From Candidatus Latescibacterota bacterium (lineage in GTDB: Bacteria > Latescibacterota > UBA2968 > UBA8231): a DNA stretch of 64,000 nucleotides. The notes below the pieces were generated by a model. The model was not told the DNA's origin, searched no databases, and was given only the letters and a program-made list of their open reading frames with translations. The DNA lies in NCBI GenBank assembly GCA_965208105.1, contig OZ242318.1:3488001-3552000 (forward strand), written 5' to 3'. This document shows positions 32,567-44,418 of this stretch, piece by piece (positions within the stretch are counted from its first letter, which is position 1; each line of letters opens with the position of its first letter). The position numbers and the translations under genes are program-made.

Positions 32567-33142
32567 ATGAATTGTCTGTGGTGGATCTCTCCAGCCTCGA
32601 ATGTAATCGTAGCCGTTGCGGCGGTAGTGACTGCCTGCGCGGCAATCTGGGGATTACAGACTTGGAAAAGACAAGTCAGGGGACAGGCTGAGTACGAATG
32701 CGCCCGAAGGCTTCTCGCCTCAATACGTCAGGTGCAGTATTCCTTTGAATCCGCACGTTCGCCTTTGGGGTTTGCGTACGAAGGGGAAGGCCAATCGGGT
32801 ATGTTCGATGATCGTAGGAGAATTATGGATGAAGCGTTTCGTGAAATTCGGACTCACGGAATAGATGCGGAAGTCTTTTGGGGGAGTGAGAGGATTCAGG
32901 GGCTGCTCAACCCAATCGCAAAGTGCTGCATGAAGTGGAAAATGTGTGTAAGACGTTATTGTCAGTTAGATACGCAGTATTCGAGGCCTCACCTTCGCCG
33001 GGTCATGCCCCCGGAGGTCGCGCAGGAATATGAAAGACTTGGACAAATTGTGTATGGTCAAACAGATGATGAGTTTCACAATCAATTTGTAGATGCCGTC
33101 TCTGAAGCCGAATCCTTCCTCCGTTCAAAGATGATGGCCTGA
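32567..33142 (+). CDS. Hypothetical protein with N-terminal transmembrane anchor
   Basis: VIVAVAAVVTACAAIWGLQTWK followed by a helical domain; lower GC. Confidence 0.7.
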   Translation: MNCLWWISPASNVIVAVAAVVTACAAIWGLQTWKRQVRGQAEYECARRLLASIRQVQYSFESARSPLGFAYEGEGQSGMFDDRRRIMDEAFREIRTHGIDAEVFWGSERIQGLLNPIAKCCMKWKMCVRRYCQLDTQYSRPHLRRVMPPEVAQEYERLGQIVYGQTDDEFHNQFVDAVSEAESFLRSKMMA

Positions 33143-33294
33143 CCGGGGCTTGGCGCAGAATTAGAGCAAGAGGCTAAATCGTTACTTTCCTAAATAAGTT
33201 CCTAATATTTAGGCCGAGTCTATGCCTACAGAAAGTGCCTGGCAAGTTTTGCCAAAAAGATGGGCCTATAAGCGGTTATGAGGCCGATAACTCC

Positions 33295-33365
33295 GCGGCC
33301 TACCTCAACTCCGTGATTGAGCAATCGGCTGGCGACCCGGCGCTGTTGATGAAGGCTTCTCGGAG
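33295..33365 (+). pseudogene. Remnant of an HI1420-type antitoxin
   Basis: AAYLNSVIEQSAGDPALLMKASR matches AAYLNVAIEESSGDPRLLMKAFR of the gene at 34185. Confidence 0.6.
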
Positions 33366-33667
33366 TTGGGGCCTTCGAGATCTTCGAGTCGGGCCAGGCT
33401 CAGCCGAAGTTGGAACGGCTTGAGCAGTCGGTTCAACGTGGCCTGCGTCGGGTTGTGCTGCGGGTGAATCGCACGCAGGACGTTCGGACCCGCCATCCCC
33501 GCTCGCTCGCCGAACTCCTTGACGCCCATGGCCCGAATCACCTTTCCAAGGGCGGTCTGGACCGCCACTCCCTCATCCATGGCTGCAAGAAGGAACTCGC
33601 GCGCGAACTCCGGGTCGCGCAGGTCCTGCGCCAGTCCTTCGTTCCAATCTCGACTGCGTCGTGCCAT
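33305..33667 (-). CDS. HTH addiction-module antidote protein
   Basis: MARRSRDWNEGLAQDLRDPEFAREFL..HNPTQATLNRLL; directly follows the toxin. Confidence 0.8.
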   Translation of the reverse strand: MARRSRDWNEGLAQDLRDPEFAREFLLAAMDEGVAVQTALGKVIRAMGVKEFGERAGMAGPNVLRAIHPQHNPTQATLNRLLKPFQLRLSLARLEDLEGPNSEKPSSTAPGRQPIAQSRS

Positions 33668-33668
33668 G

Positions 33669-33989
33669 TCACGTCCTCTCCAGATAGTCTCGCCAATAGT
33701 CCTGAGCGCGCCGGATGTCCTTCGCCTGCGACGCCTTGGTCCCACCGGTGAGGAGCAGGACGAGCGAAGTCCCGTCCCGGCCGAAGTAGATCCGGTAGCC
33801 GGGACCGGCCATGAAGCGCGCCTCGCAAACGCCGCTGCCTACGTTCTTGAAATCTCCGAGGTTACCGCCCTCGAAGCGAAGCACTCGGGCCTGCATCCGG
33901 GCTCTGACTGAAGGGACCAGCGTCGCCAACCACTGCCGAAACGGGCTCACCCCATCGGCAGTTTCGTATTCACGGACGCTCAGCGACAT
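33669..33989 (-). CDS. RelE/ParE-family addiction-module toxin (HI1419-like)
   Basis: GVSPFRQWL, GNLGDFKNVG.GV.E.R..GPGYRIYF, LLLTGGTK..Q.KDI. Confidence 0.9.
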   Translation of the reverse strand: MSLSVREYETADGVSPFRQWLATLVPSVRARMQARVLRFEGGNLGDFKNVGSGVCEARFMAGPGYRIYFGRDGTSLVLLLTGGTKASQAKDIRRAQDYWRDYLERT

Positions 33990-34067
33990 CTCAGGTCACC
34001 AGCATACGTATCACAAATGATAATAATCCGGGTCGAGGTAACAGGCAAATCGACACACACTTGTCAC

Positions 34068-34095
34068 TTGACGCAGTGTAGCCAAATGGCTACAC
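34068..34095 (+). promoter_or_regulatory. TA promoter/operator
   Basis: TTGACG followed by the perfect inverted repeat GTGTAGCCA-AA-TGGCTACAC. Confidence 0.7.
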
Positions 34096-34096
34096 A

Positions 34097-34204
34097 ATGG
34101 GTGTGGTCGCACACTACGTCGCGACTGACCGTACGAACGCCTACGACGCATGGTTCCGAGGCGGTATAGACAGGTGCAAACGGCATGCCCGTCAGAGCCC
34201 ATGA
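34097..34204 (+). pseudogene. Truncated HI1419-like toxin remnant
   Basis: 35 aa MGVVAHYVATDRTNAYDAWFRG.. between the operator and the antitoxin; resembles a toxin N-terminus only. Confidence 0.5.
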
Positions 34205-34511
34205 AGCCAGCGAGTCCCTCCGGACACCGGAGGACGTCGCGGCGTACCTCAACGTCGCGATCGAAGAGTCGAGTGGGGACCCGCGACTGTTGATGAAGGC
34301 GTTTCGGAAGGTCGCGGCGGGCCAAGGTGGTGTTTCCGCCATGGCGCGGAAAGCCGACATCGACCGTGTGGCTCTCTCCCGTGGCTTGTCGGGAAACCGT
34401 GATCCCAGATTAGGGACGGTGACGAAGATCGCCGCGGCCTGCGGCGTGACCCTGCGGTTCGAGCAGCGTGGGGGAGCTGACGCAAATCCAACAGAACAGG
34501 AGGAAGCATGA
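34185..34511 (+). CDS. HI1420-family addiction-module antidote
   Basis: LRTPEDVAAYLN, GGVSAMARKA.IDR..L.RGLSGNRDPRLGT. Confidence 0.85.
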   Translation: MPVRAHEASESLRTPEDVAAYLNVAIEESSGDPRLLMKAFRKVAAGQGGVSAMARKADIDRVALSRGLSGNRDPRLGTVTKIAAACGVTLRFEQRGGADANPTEQEEA

Positions 34512-34678
34512 CCAGGACAGTCACCTTGGATGTCTGCCTTCGCGAGATTATCGAACGGGGTCTTGAAGACATGGAGGACTACTATCTCGTTACCGGGGTC
34601 CTGAAGCGCGTCCGAGATGGTGGGGAGCAGGTGTACTCCACTGCCGAGGTGAAGAAATAGCTTGATATGGACGATTGA
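34508..34678 (+). pseudogene. RelB/CopG-like antitoxin remnant
   Basis: LREIIERGLEDMEDYYL..VLKRVR.G.EQVYSTAEVKK*LDMDD*; lacks the N-terminal DNA-binding part; TAG at 34658. Confidence 0.6.
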
Positions 34679-34699
34679 GCACACCGAGACTGGACACCC

Positions 34700-37713
<3,014 letters not shown>

Positions 37714-37717
<4 letters not shown>

Positions 37718-38445
37718 CCGCCAGCCTGGAAACCTCCGCAGTCACCTGGGGCGGCACCCGCCTGACCTACGCCATCCGCCGTAGCGCCCGGCGAAAAAAG
37801 ACTGTGGCAGTTACGGTAGATCCAGGCGGAGGAGTGTTGCTCCTGGCTCCCGAGGAGTTCAGCACCAGCCGGTTGGATGCGGTGGTGAAAAGAAAGGCAC
37901 CATGGATCGTGCGGAGGCTTCGGGGGATGGAGTCAACCGGTGTGCCTCCGTCGCCCCGGGAGTTCGTCAGCGGTGAGAGCGTGTTGTATCTCGGGCGGCA
38001 ATACCGCCTGAAGGTTAATCCCGGGGAGACCGGTGACGCGAAGCTCCACGGTGGATGGCTGCACGTGCCGGCGCCGGCGGCAGCGAACCAGCGGGGTCAT
38101 GTGCGAGCGGCGCTGGTCTCGTGGCTACGTCGCCACGCGGCAGAGCGGCTGCCGGAGCGGGTGGAGATGTGGCGCTCGAAGGTTGGCGTGGAGATGCCCC
38201 GCGTGGTTATCTCTGACCAGCAAAGGCGCTGGGGGAGCTGCGACCGTAGCGGGACTATCCGGCTGAATTGGCGCATCATCCAAGCCCCGATGCGTTTGGT
38301 GGACTACGTGGTGGTCCACGAGCTGGTGCACCTGCGGCATCGGGGCCACGGCCGCGACTACTGGCAGGCCCTCGGGCGTGTCATGCCGGACTATGAGCGC
38401 AGGCGGGAGGAGTTGCGGCAACGGGGGTTGGGGTGGGTGTGGTAG
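37714..38445 (+). CDS. M48/YgjP (DUF45) zinc metallopeptidase-like protein
   Basis: RRWGSC, IRLNWR, YVVVHELVH; usual neighbour of hsdR. Confidence 0.9.
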
Positions 38446-38694
38446 GCCAACTGCTCCGGTCGCCAAGTCCAAGTTAGATCCACTATTAAGGGGGAGGTCG
38501 CCAACGGCTGGCCGGTTCCTGCACGCATACCTGCTTTAATCCTACCGACCCCTACTCACGCCATTCACCAGCCAAGCGATACCATGACCTTTGGTAATGG
38601 GTTGCGTCCACCAGGCTTCAAATCGTTGAAGAAAGGAAATGAACAGATAAAAAATCATTGAGAGGCAAGGCGATCCAGAAGAATCAATAGAGAT

Positions 38695-39147
38695 TCAGTC
38701 TTTGGAACGAACGCGACGCAAGAAATGGACTGGCATTCCATAGGTTGGTCCGCTAACATCATGCACGTTATTGTGTTCAATATCCTCTTGCGGTCCTAGT
38801 TTGCTTGTCCAGCGTCCATCACATAGTTGTCTTGCTGCGTGGGTAGGAATCAGCTCGCCGTTCTTATCAACAGCAAAAAGCGCCACTTTCTCGTATCCAC
38901 GCTCCAAAGATTCGTCCTCACACGCTTCATATCCAAGGGTCCTAAATACCGCCAAAAACGCCTCCACGGTTTCTTCACTAGGTACCCCCTGTGGCCAAAA
39001 TCCCATACGGTAGTTAGGCCACCACCACCGAGTGCTACAGTTGGCTGCCCAAGCAATGCAATTGTAGCGGTTTGTGGCGGGGCTAGTTATTTGATTATTG
39101 TGGGAATTTAGGTGCGGAACTTCGGGATGTGCCCGAATACAGCGCAT
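38695..39147 (-). CDS. Uncharacterised protein with putative Cys-His catalytic motifs (DUF7689-like, tentative)
   Basis: ITSPAT.RYNCIAWA, WWWP, PTHAARQ, WTSKLG..DIEH. Confidence 0.7.
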   Translation of the reverse strand: MRCIRAHPEVPHLNSHNNQITSPATNRYNCIAWAANCSTRWWWPNYRMGFWPQGVPSEETVEAFLAVFRTLGYEACEDESLERGYEKVALFAVDKNGELIPTHAARQLCDGRWTSKLGPQEDIEHNNVHDVSGPTYGMPVHFLRRVRSKD

Positions 39148-39671
39148 TCTTTTGTCTCCGCCCATGAAAGCCACGCCTTGGCTATTAGAACAGTATCGCC
39201 ATAAGCGTCCTCTGGAACGGGATCCTCACCTGTTATAGCCTCGAGGGCAGCATACCAATGATCGGGGTTCTCCCCCTCCTGTTTGAGCCGTTCCAAAATA
39301 AGAGGGACCGCCCTATCTCCCATTTCGATGATTTGCTGGTATGAAGAGCAATTGAACATCTTTGAAAGAGAAGACGTTATTCCCCTTTCCTCGTGCCACT
39401 GCTTCACCAGCCGCGTGAAGAGGCGGGACTCTATATCGTCAGCATTATCAGGGTAGGTACTACTAGTGGAAGGAGGGGCTAAAATGAAAGGAGGGGCAGC
39501 CGTGCCAGAGGGGGCCTGAGCTTCCTTGACCGTAGCCAACTGATTCCCATGGCAAGGGGCATAGTATACTTCTCGCCTAGGCGGTGGCGATAAAGACGGA
39601 TCCTCCCAGGCACGACCCTCAAAAGGCCCCGAGTCGCTCTCTTTGTCGAGCATCTGCATCAGATTTGGCAT
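39108..39671 (-). CDS. Hypothetical protein: Pro/Ser-rich N-terminus plus helical C-terminal domain
   Basis: YQQIIEMGDRAVPLILERL..HWYAALEAITGEDPVP..AWLSW. Confidence 0.75.
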   Translation of the reverse strand: MPNLMQMLDKESDSGPFEGRAWEDPSLSPPPRREVYYAPCHGNQLATVKEAQAPSGTAAPPFILAPPSTSSTYPDNADDIESRLFTRLVKQWHEERGITSSLSKMFNCSSYQQIIEMGDRAVPLILERLKQEGENPDHWYAALEAITGEDPVPEDAYGDTVLIAKAWLSWAETKECAVFGHIPKFRT

Positions 39672-39674
39672 CTA

Positions 39675-40019
39675 CTACTTTCTTTCTTGCTTTTGGGACT
39701 GCAATTGCTCAAGCGCCTCAATCTTCTCCGTGAGCCAGCGCTGAAAACTCTTTGCCAAGTCGAGGTCAATCATGACCTCAACATCAACTTCCCGAACAAC
39801 CCCTTTTTTTGTAACCCGTTCTACTTCGGGTCCAAGCTTTCCCTCGGTAACCTCATGTACAAGGCTCTGTGGAATGGGGGACCGTTCTGAATAGAAGGCC
39901 ATAGTGATATAGCCCCTAGATGTTGGCCCTCCCCACACACCGTCTGCATGGACGACGCGGAAAGCGCTTCCCTTGATATAGTGAAACTCGATCCTTTCGG
40001 GGGGACTCTCTTCTGCCAT
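39675..40019 (-). CDS. Hypothetical protein, DUF3467-like (tentative)
   Basis: FRVVHADGVWGG..ITMAFYSER..REVDVEVMID..AKSFQRWL; GAGG RBS. Confidence 0.7.
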   Translation of the reverse strand: MAEESPPERIEFHYIKGSAFRVVHADGVWGGPTSRGYITMAFYSERSPIPQSLVHEVTEGKLGPEVERVTKKGVVREVDVEVMIDLDLAKSFQRWLTEKIEALEQLQSQKQERK

Positions 40020-40615
40020 AAGTTTCCTCACTTAGGGGAAAAAACAACGTCAGGTCGGGGTTGCCTTATCTCGGGAGATCGCGCAGTCCGGTCGAGACTC
40101 TATTCTTGAGTCAGATCTCTTCTTCAGGGTAATCAAACTGTTTATAGGTTCTCCCTGCATACACAACTTGCGGATGTTCTCGAGATGTGGGGGATGGGTA
40201 CAGCCAAGAATTGCTCCTTACGCACCAGAATTGAGACAGGCTTGATTGAGTGGTACCGGGCCCTTCCACCGTCAGGGAGGAGTTCTTTGATACGATAGGG
40301 AACAGGATGGACCATTGTCAAGGATTTACTACTCGTTTGAGCCGATTGCTCATCCGGTCGATCAGAGCCATGGGTAGGAAAGTTGCCACCAATTCTAGTC
40401 AAGGACGCTCAGTCTCTCATCGAGAGAAAATTAGCTGCTGGCGGGCTATTTTTTTTCATCTTTTTCCTATGGGAAGGGGCTGCCTCTTGGATGCTGGTTC
40501 TAACTCGCGAGACGTATCAACTGCTAAGACCGACCAACGGGACAGATCAGCATTGTCCCCGGATGCCGCTGCCATCTCATGACATTCACCATTGCATCCG
40601 AATAATCTACTTTGT

Positions 40616-41110
40616 TTAGAACGAGTTTCCTCTCTGGGCGGCTTTTACAGCTCCCCAACTGCGTGCCTGCACTCCCGTTGCCATCCCTTCCACCTGCACA
40701 TGGAAGTACACCGGCTCGGATTCCACCTGCCCGTCAGCGGTTTCCTGCACCGTCGTGACCGCCCACCGAGTGCTCATGATATTGTCCAGGGTAGCGACGA
40801 TGACCCTGACGACAGGCTCCATAGCTTCAACAGTGTTCCACGGCAGGAAGACCAACCGGGTATCCTCTTCTACCAGGTTCCCCTGTTCATCGAGGCCATA
40901 ATTGACCGATACCTCGCGGTAAATCCGGTATCCGTCCGCTCCTTCCACCGCGTCCCAGGTCATGAGGATGAAGCCGCCCTGGTCGCCCGCACCCTCCGCC
41001 TGGTATGGCACTGCCACCACCCTGTCGGGCGGCGCAGGCAGGGCCAGCTCCGCGTTTGCGGACTGCAGCAGGGCAAGTATCGCCAGCGCCAATTTCTTTG
41101 GATGCCCCAT
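40616..41110 (-). CDS. Secreted FN3-like protein with C-terminal 'TGVQARSWGAVK' motif
   Basis: Signal peptide, MTWDAVEGADGYRIYR, C-terminal SWG motif. Confidence 0.65.
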   Translation of the reverse strand: MGHPKKLALAILALLQSANAELALPAPPDRVVAVPYQAEGAGDQGGFILMTWDAVEGADGYRIYREVSVNYGLDEQGNLVEEDTRLVFLPWNTVEAMEPVVRVIVATLDNIMSTRWAVTTVQETADGQVESEPVYFHVQVEGMATGVQARSWGAVKAAQRGNSF

Positions 41111-41152
41111 GGGTAGTCTCCAAACTCGGCAGGTCGGTATTGAAGAAAACAG

Positions 41153-41186
41153 TTGACAAAGGCCCTGTAAACTCTATTTTATAGAG
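41153..41186 (+). promoter_or_regulatory. Promoter/operator of the 41283-45189 operon
   Basis: TTGACA at 41153 and inverted repeat CTCTAT-ttt-ATAGAG. Confidence 0.5.
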
Positions 41187-41282
41187 AACTCTGATTAAGT
41201 GAGGTTCCTCTGGACTCTTTACCATGAAACAGGGCCGCCGGTCTCGGTTCCGGGGAAGGCGGCCGGTCAAGGAGATTTCACC

Positions 41283-41849
41283 ATGGATCCGAATGTGACG
41301 CAGAAGCTCGAAGAGGACGTGTCCTTTATCCGCCAGGCCGTGGAGCGCCGGGAGGAGGGGCAGTACCGCTACCTGGGTATAACCCTCCTGTGGGCGGTGA
41401 TCATCGCCGCCGGTTATGCTCTCAACGACTTCGCCATGGAGCACGCCCCCCTGTACTGGGCTGCCGTCCCGGCAGCCGGCTTCCTGGTCAGCCTCGGCCT
41501 GGGGGTCCTGCAGGAGAGGAAGGGAGGAATCCGCAGGCCCGGTCTCGGCGCCAGGAATGCCCTGCACTGGGGCTGCATCTTCTTCGCCGGGGTGGCGGTG
41601 ATCTCCATTGCCGTTTCCCACCGGTTCGACGGCTGGGTCATCGGCCAGCTCTTCAGCCTCCTCTGCGGAATCGTGTTCCTGCTGGGCGGCCTGCACCTGG
41701 ACCGGCGCAAACTCTTGCCCGGCGTCCTGCTCATCTGCGGATCGGCCGCGGTCGACCACATCCAGCCCTATCCCTGGACCACCGTCGGCCTGGCAACGGC
41801 CGCCGCCCTGGTGGCCGGCGCCATATGGATGAAACCGAAGGAAGGATGA
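41283..41849 (+). CDS. Integral membrane protein
   Basis: About six hydrophobic segments; AAGGAG RBS. Confidence 0.75.
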   Translation: MDPNVTQKLEEDVSFIRQAVERREEGQYRYLGITLLWAVIIAAGYALNDFAMEHAPLYWAAVPAAGFLVSLGLGVLQERKGGIRRPGLGARNALHWGCIFFAGVAVISIAVSHRFDGWVIGQLFSLLCGIVFLLGGLHLDRRKLLPGVLLICGSAAVDHIQPYPWTTVGLATAAALVAGAIWMKPKEG

Positions 41850-42178
41850 AAAAGCCCTCCCAACCGGCTGAAGTCACCTCCGGGGGCCTGGTGCGGCTGG
41901 ACAAGCTGCTGGAACACCGCAGCCGGCTCGGCGCCTGCGTTCTGCTGGCCGACGTGGAGGCCATGACCTTCACCAGCCTCAAGCAGCTCCTGAAGGAGAC
42001 CGACGGCAATCTGGGAGCGCACCTGCGCAAGCTGGAGGATGCCGGCTACCTCGACGTGTCCAAGCGCTTCGAGAACCGCAGGCCGGTGACCTGGTACCGC
42101 CTCACCGACAAGGGTGCCGGGGCCCTGCAGGCCCACCTCGAGGCGCTGCAGACGGTGATCCGGGGGGCGCGGCTCTGA
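41846..42178 (+). CDS. Winged-helix (HTH_34/MarR-like) transcriptional regulator
   Basis: TDGNLGAHLRKLEDAGYL.V.K.F.NRRPVTWYRLT. Confidence 0.88.
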   Translation: MKKPSQPAEVTSGGLVRLDKLLEHRSRLGACVLLADVEAMTFTSLKQLLKETDGNLGAHLRKLEDAGYLDVSKRFENRRPVTWYRLTDKGAGALQAHLEALQTVIRGARL

Positions 42179-42179
42179 G

Positions 42180-44396
42180 ATGCATACGCGAGTGGCGGCT
42201 CTCCTCATCAGCATCTGCTTCTCCCTTCCGGCCTCGGCGCAGAGCAGGGCTCTCATTCAGGGACAGGTGGTCGACGAAGAGCGGCGGCCGATGCCCTTCG
42301 TCAACGTGCAGATCGTCGACACCACCGACGGCACAATTACCGGCCGGGACGGCCGCTTCGCCTTTGCCACCCGGCGCCTTGGACGGCAAGACCTGATCGC
42401 CACCTTCATCGGCTTTGAATCCTCCCGGCGGACCCTGCACTTGACCGCGGGCGATACCACCATGGTGCGCCTGGTGCTGTTGCCCGCCTTCATCGAGCTG
42501 GGCGAAACGGTGGTCACGGCCAGCACCTACAGCACCGGGGAGGAGGAGACCGTTACCCTTTCTCCCCTGGATGTGGTTACGACCCCCGGGGCTTCCGCGG
42601 ATATCTTTCGCGCCTTCAAGACCTTCCCGGGCGTTGCCACCGTGGATGACGGCGCCGGCCTTTTCGTCCGCGGCGGCGACGTGAGCGAGACTGTCGTCCT
42701 GCTCGACCAGGCCACGGTGGTGCATCCTTACAAGTACGAGTCGCCCACAGGGGGAGTATTCGGCACGATCCCTCCCTTCATGGTCCGGGGCACGGCCTTT
42801 TCCACCGGTGGATTCTCCGCCCGCTACGGCAATGCGCTTTCCGCCGTGGTGGCCATGGAGAGCCTGGACATGCCCTTGCAGCTGACCTGTGCGCTCGGTT
42901 TGGGCCTCGCCGCCGCCTCGGTGGGCCTCGACATGCCCCTGGTCGACGACGAGCTGGGCATGCGCTTCACGGGGAATCTCAGCCTTACCGATCTCATGTT
43001 CCGCGTCAACCGCCACCGCGACGAATTCATCACGACTCCACGGGGGCACGACGGCAATCTCAACCTGGTCTACCAGTATTCGTCCAGCGGAAGGCTCAAG
43101 CTCTTCAGCTTCGACGCGGGCGACCGCATCGGCGTGCGCGTGGCCGAGCCCTCGTTCGACGGCCGCTATCGAGGCCGCAGCGACAACAGCCTGCACAATC
43201 TCCAGTGGGAGGATGTATGGGCCGGCTGGTCCATCCTGACCAGCGCCTCGCTCAACCGGCACGAGGCCCGGCGGCGGTTGGGCAACCTGGATTTGACCCC
43301 CCGCGACCTGACCGCCAAGATCCGCACCGACTGGGAACGCCTCCTCGGCGCATCCGGAATCCTGCACCTCGGGAGCGAGGTGGAGCACGCCGGCAACCGC
43401 TTCGTGGGCAGCATCCCCCGGGGGGACATTCTCGATCCCGAGGCCGAGGTCTTCGAGATCGACGCCTCCTACGGCGCCCGGCGCACGGGGGCCTGGTTCG
43501 AGGTCGATTTCAAATCGGCGCGCCGCATTCTCGCCAATGCCGGCATGCGCGCCGACCACCACAGCCTGGGTGGCGGTCTGGCCGTGGACCCGCGCCTGTC
43601 GGCGCGATACCAGCTTTCGGCAGACACGAATGTCCGGCTCGCCTGGGGCATCTATCACCAGTACCCGGCCCCGTTCCAGTACAACCCCACCAGCGGCAAC
43701 CCCGGGCTGGGGACCCAGCGCGCCCAGCACTGGATAGGCGGCCTGCACCACGAACGCGGAAGATTGCTGCTGCGGCTGGAGGGGTACTACAAGCCCTACC
43801 GCAACCTGGTGCTGGACGACGCCGATCTGAACCTTGCGAACACGGGCAGGGGGCGGGCCTCCGGTGTCGACCTCTTCGGCAAGTACGGGGCCTTTCTCGA
43901 TACCCGCTTCAGCGGCTGGATGGCCTACAGTCTGCTGCGCTCGCGCCGGTTGCAGCTGCGCCACCTGGGGTTTGAGACGCGCCGCGAAGAAGCTCCTTCA
44001 CCGTTCGATATCACCCACAACCTGACCGTGGTCGCCAAGGGGAGAATCATCCGCACCCTCAGCGTAGGCCTGACCCTGAGGTACGCCACCGGCCGCCCCG
44101 TCACCCCGATCGCCGGTGCCGTTCCCGTGGAGGGAAGAGGCTACTACCTGCCGGTGGAAGGACCCGTCGGCTCGGAACGGCTGCCCTCTTTTCAACAGCT
44201 GGACGGGCAGTTCAGCTACCTGCTGTTCTTCGGCTCGGGGCACGAGGCGGTCTTCTACCTGGCGATCAACAACCTTCTCGACCGGGCCAATGTGCTCGAC
44301 TACGATTACAGCATCGACTATAGCCGGAGACAGCCGCGCACCTCCCTCTTTCGCCGGTTCATCTACTTCGGCACCACCGTCTACCTGAACTATTGA
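42180..44396 (+). CDS. TonB-dependent receptor with N-terminal carboxypeptidase-regulatory-like domain
   Basis: Signal peptide; plug motifs FPGV..LFVRGG, TGGFSARYG; beta-barrel; aromatic C-terminus. Confidence 0.9.
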   Translation: MHTRVAALLISICFSLPASAQSRALIQGQVVDEERRPMPFVNVQIVDTTDGTITGRDGRFAFATRRLGRQDLIATFIGFESSRRTLHLTAGDTTMVRLVLLPAFIELGETVVTASTYSTGEEETVTLSPLDVVTTPGASADIFRAFKTFPGVATVDDGAGLFVRGGDVSETVVLLDQATVVHPYKYESPTGGVFGTIPPFMVRGTAFSTGGFSARYGNALSAVVAMESLDMPLQLTCALGLGLAAASVGLDMPLVDDELGMRFTGNLSLTDLMFRVNRHRDEFITTPRGHDGNLNLVYQYSSSGRLKLFSFDAGDRIGVRVAEPSFDGRYRGRSDNSLHNLQWEDVWAGWSILTSASLNRHEARRRLGNLDLTPRDLTAKIRTDWERLLGASGILHLGSEVEHAGNRFVGSIPRGDILDPEAEVFEIDASYGARRTGAWFEVDFKSARRILANAGMRADHHSLGGGLAVDPRLSARYQLSADTNVRLAWGIYHQYPAPFQYNPTSGNPGLGTQRAQHWIGGLHHERGRLLLRLEGYYKPYRNLVLDDADLNLANTGRGRASGVDLFGKYGAFLDTRFSGWMAYSLLRSRRLQLRHLGFETRREEAPSPFDITHNLTVVAKGRIIRTLSVGLTLRYATGRPVTPIAGAVPVEGRGYYLPVEGPVGSERLPSFQQLDGQFSYLLFFGSGHEAVFYLAINNLLDRANVLDYDYSIDYSRRQPRTSLFRRFIYFGTTVYLNY

Positions 44397-44418
44397 CACT
44401 CGACCGAAGGGGCCACGC

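Noticed and set aside
38446-38480. Possible integron attC site (GCCAAC...GTTAGAT)
   Set aside because: Too short, no convincing internal symmetry, not repeated, and no integron integrase in the window.
40030-40619. Short ORFs (40142-40402, 40250-40582, 40383-40619) at the island boundary
   Set aside because: Mutually overlapping with no recognisable motifs; cannot be supported as genes or transposase remnants without a search.
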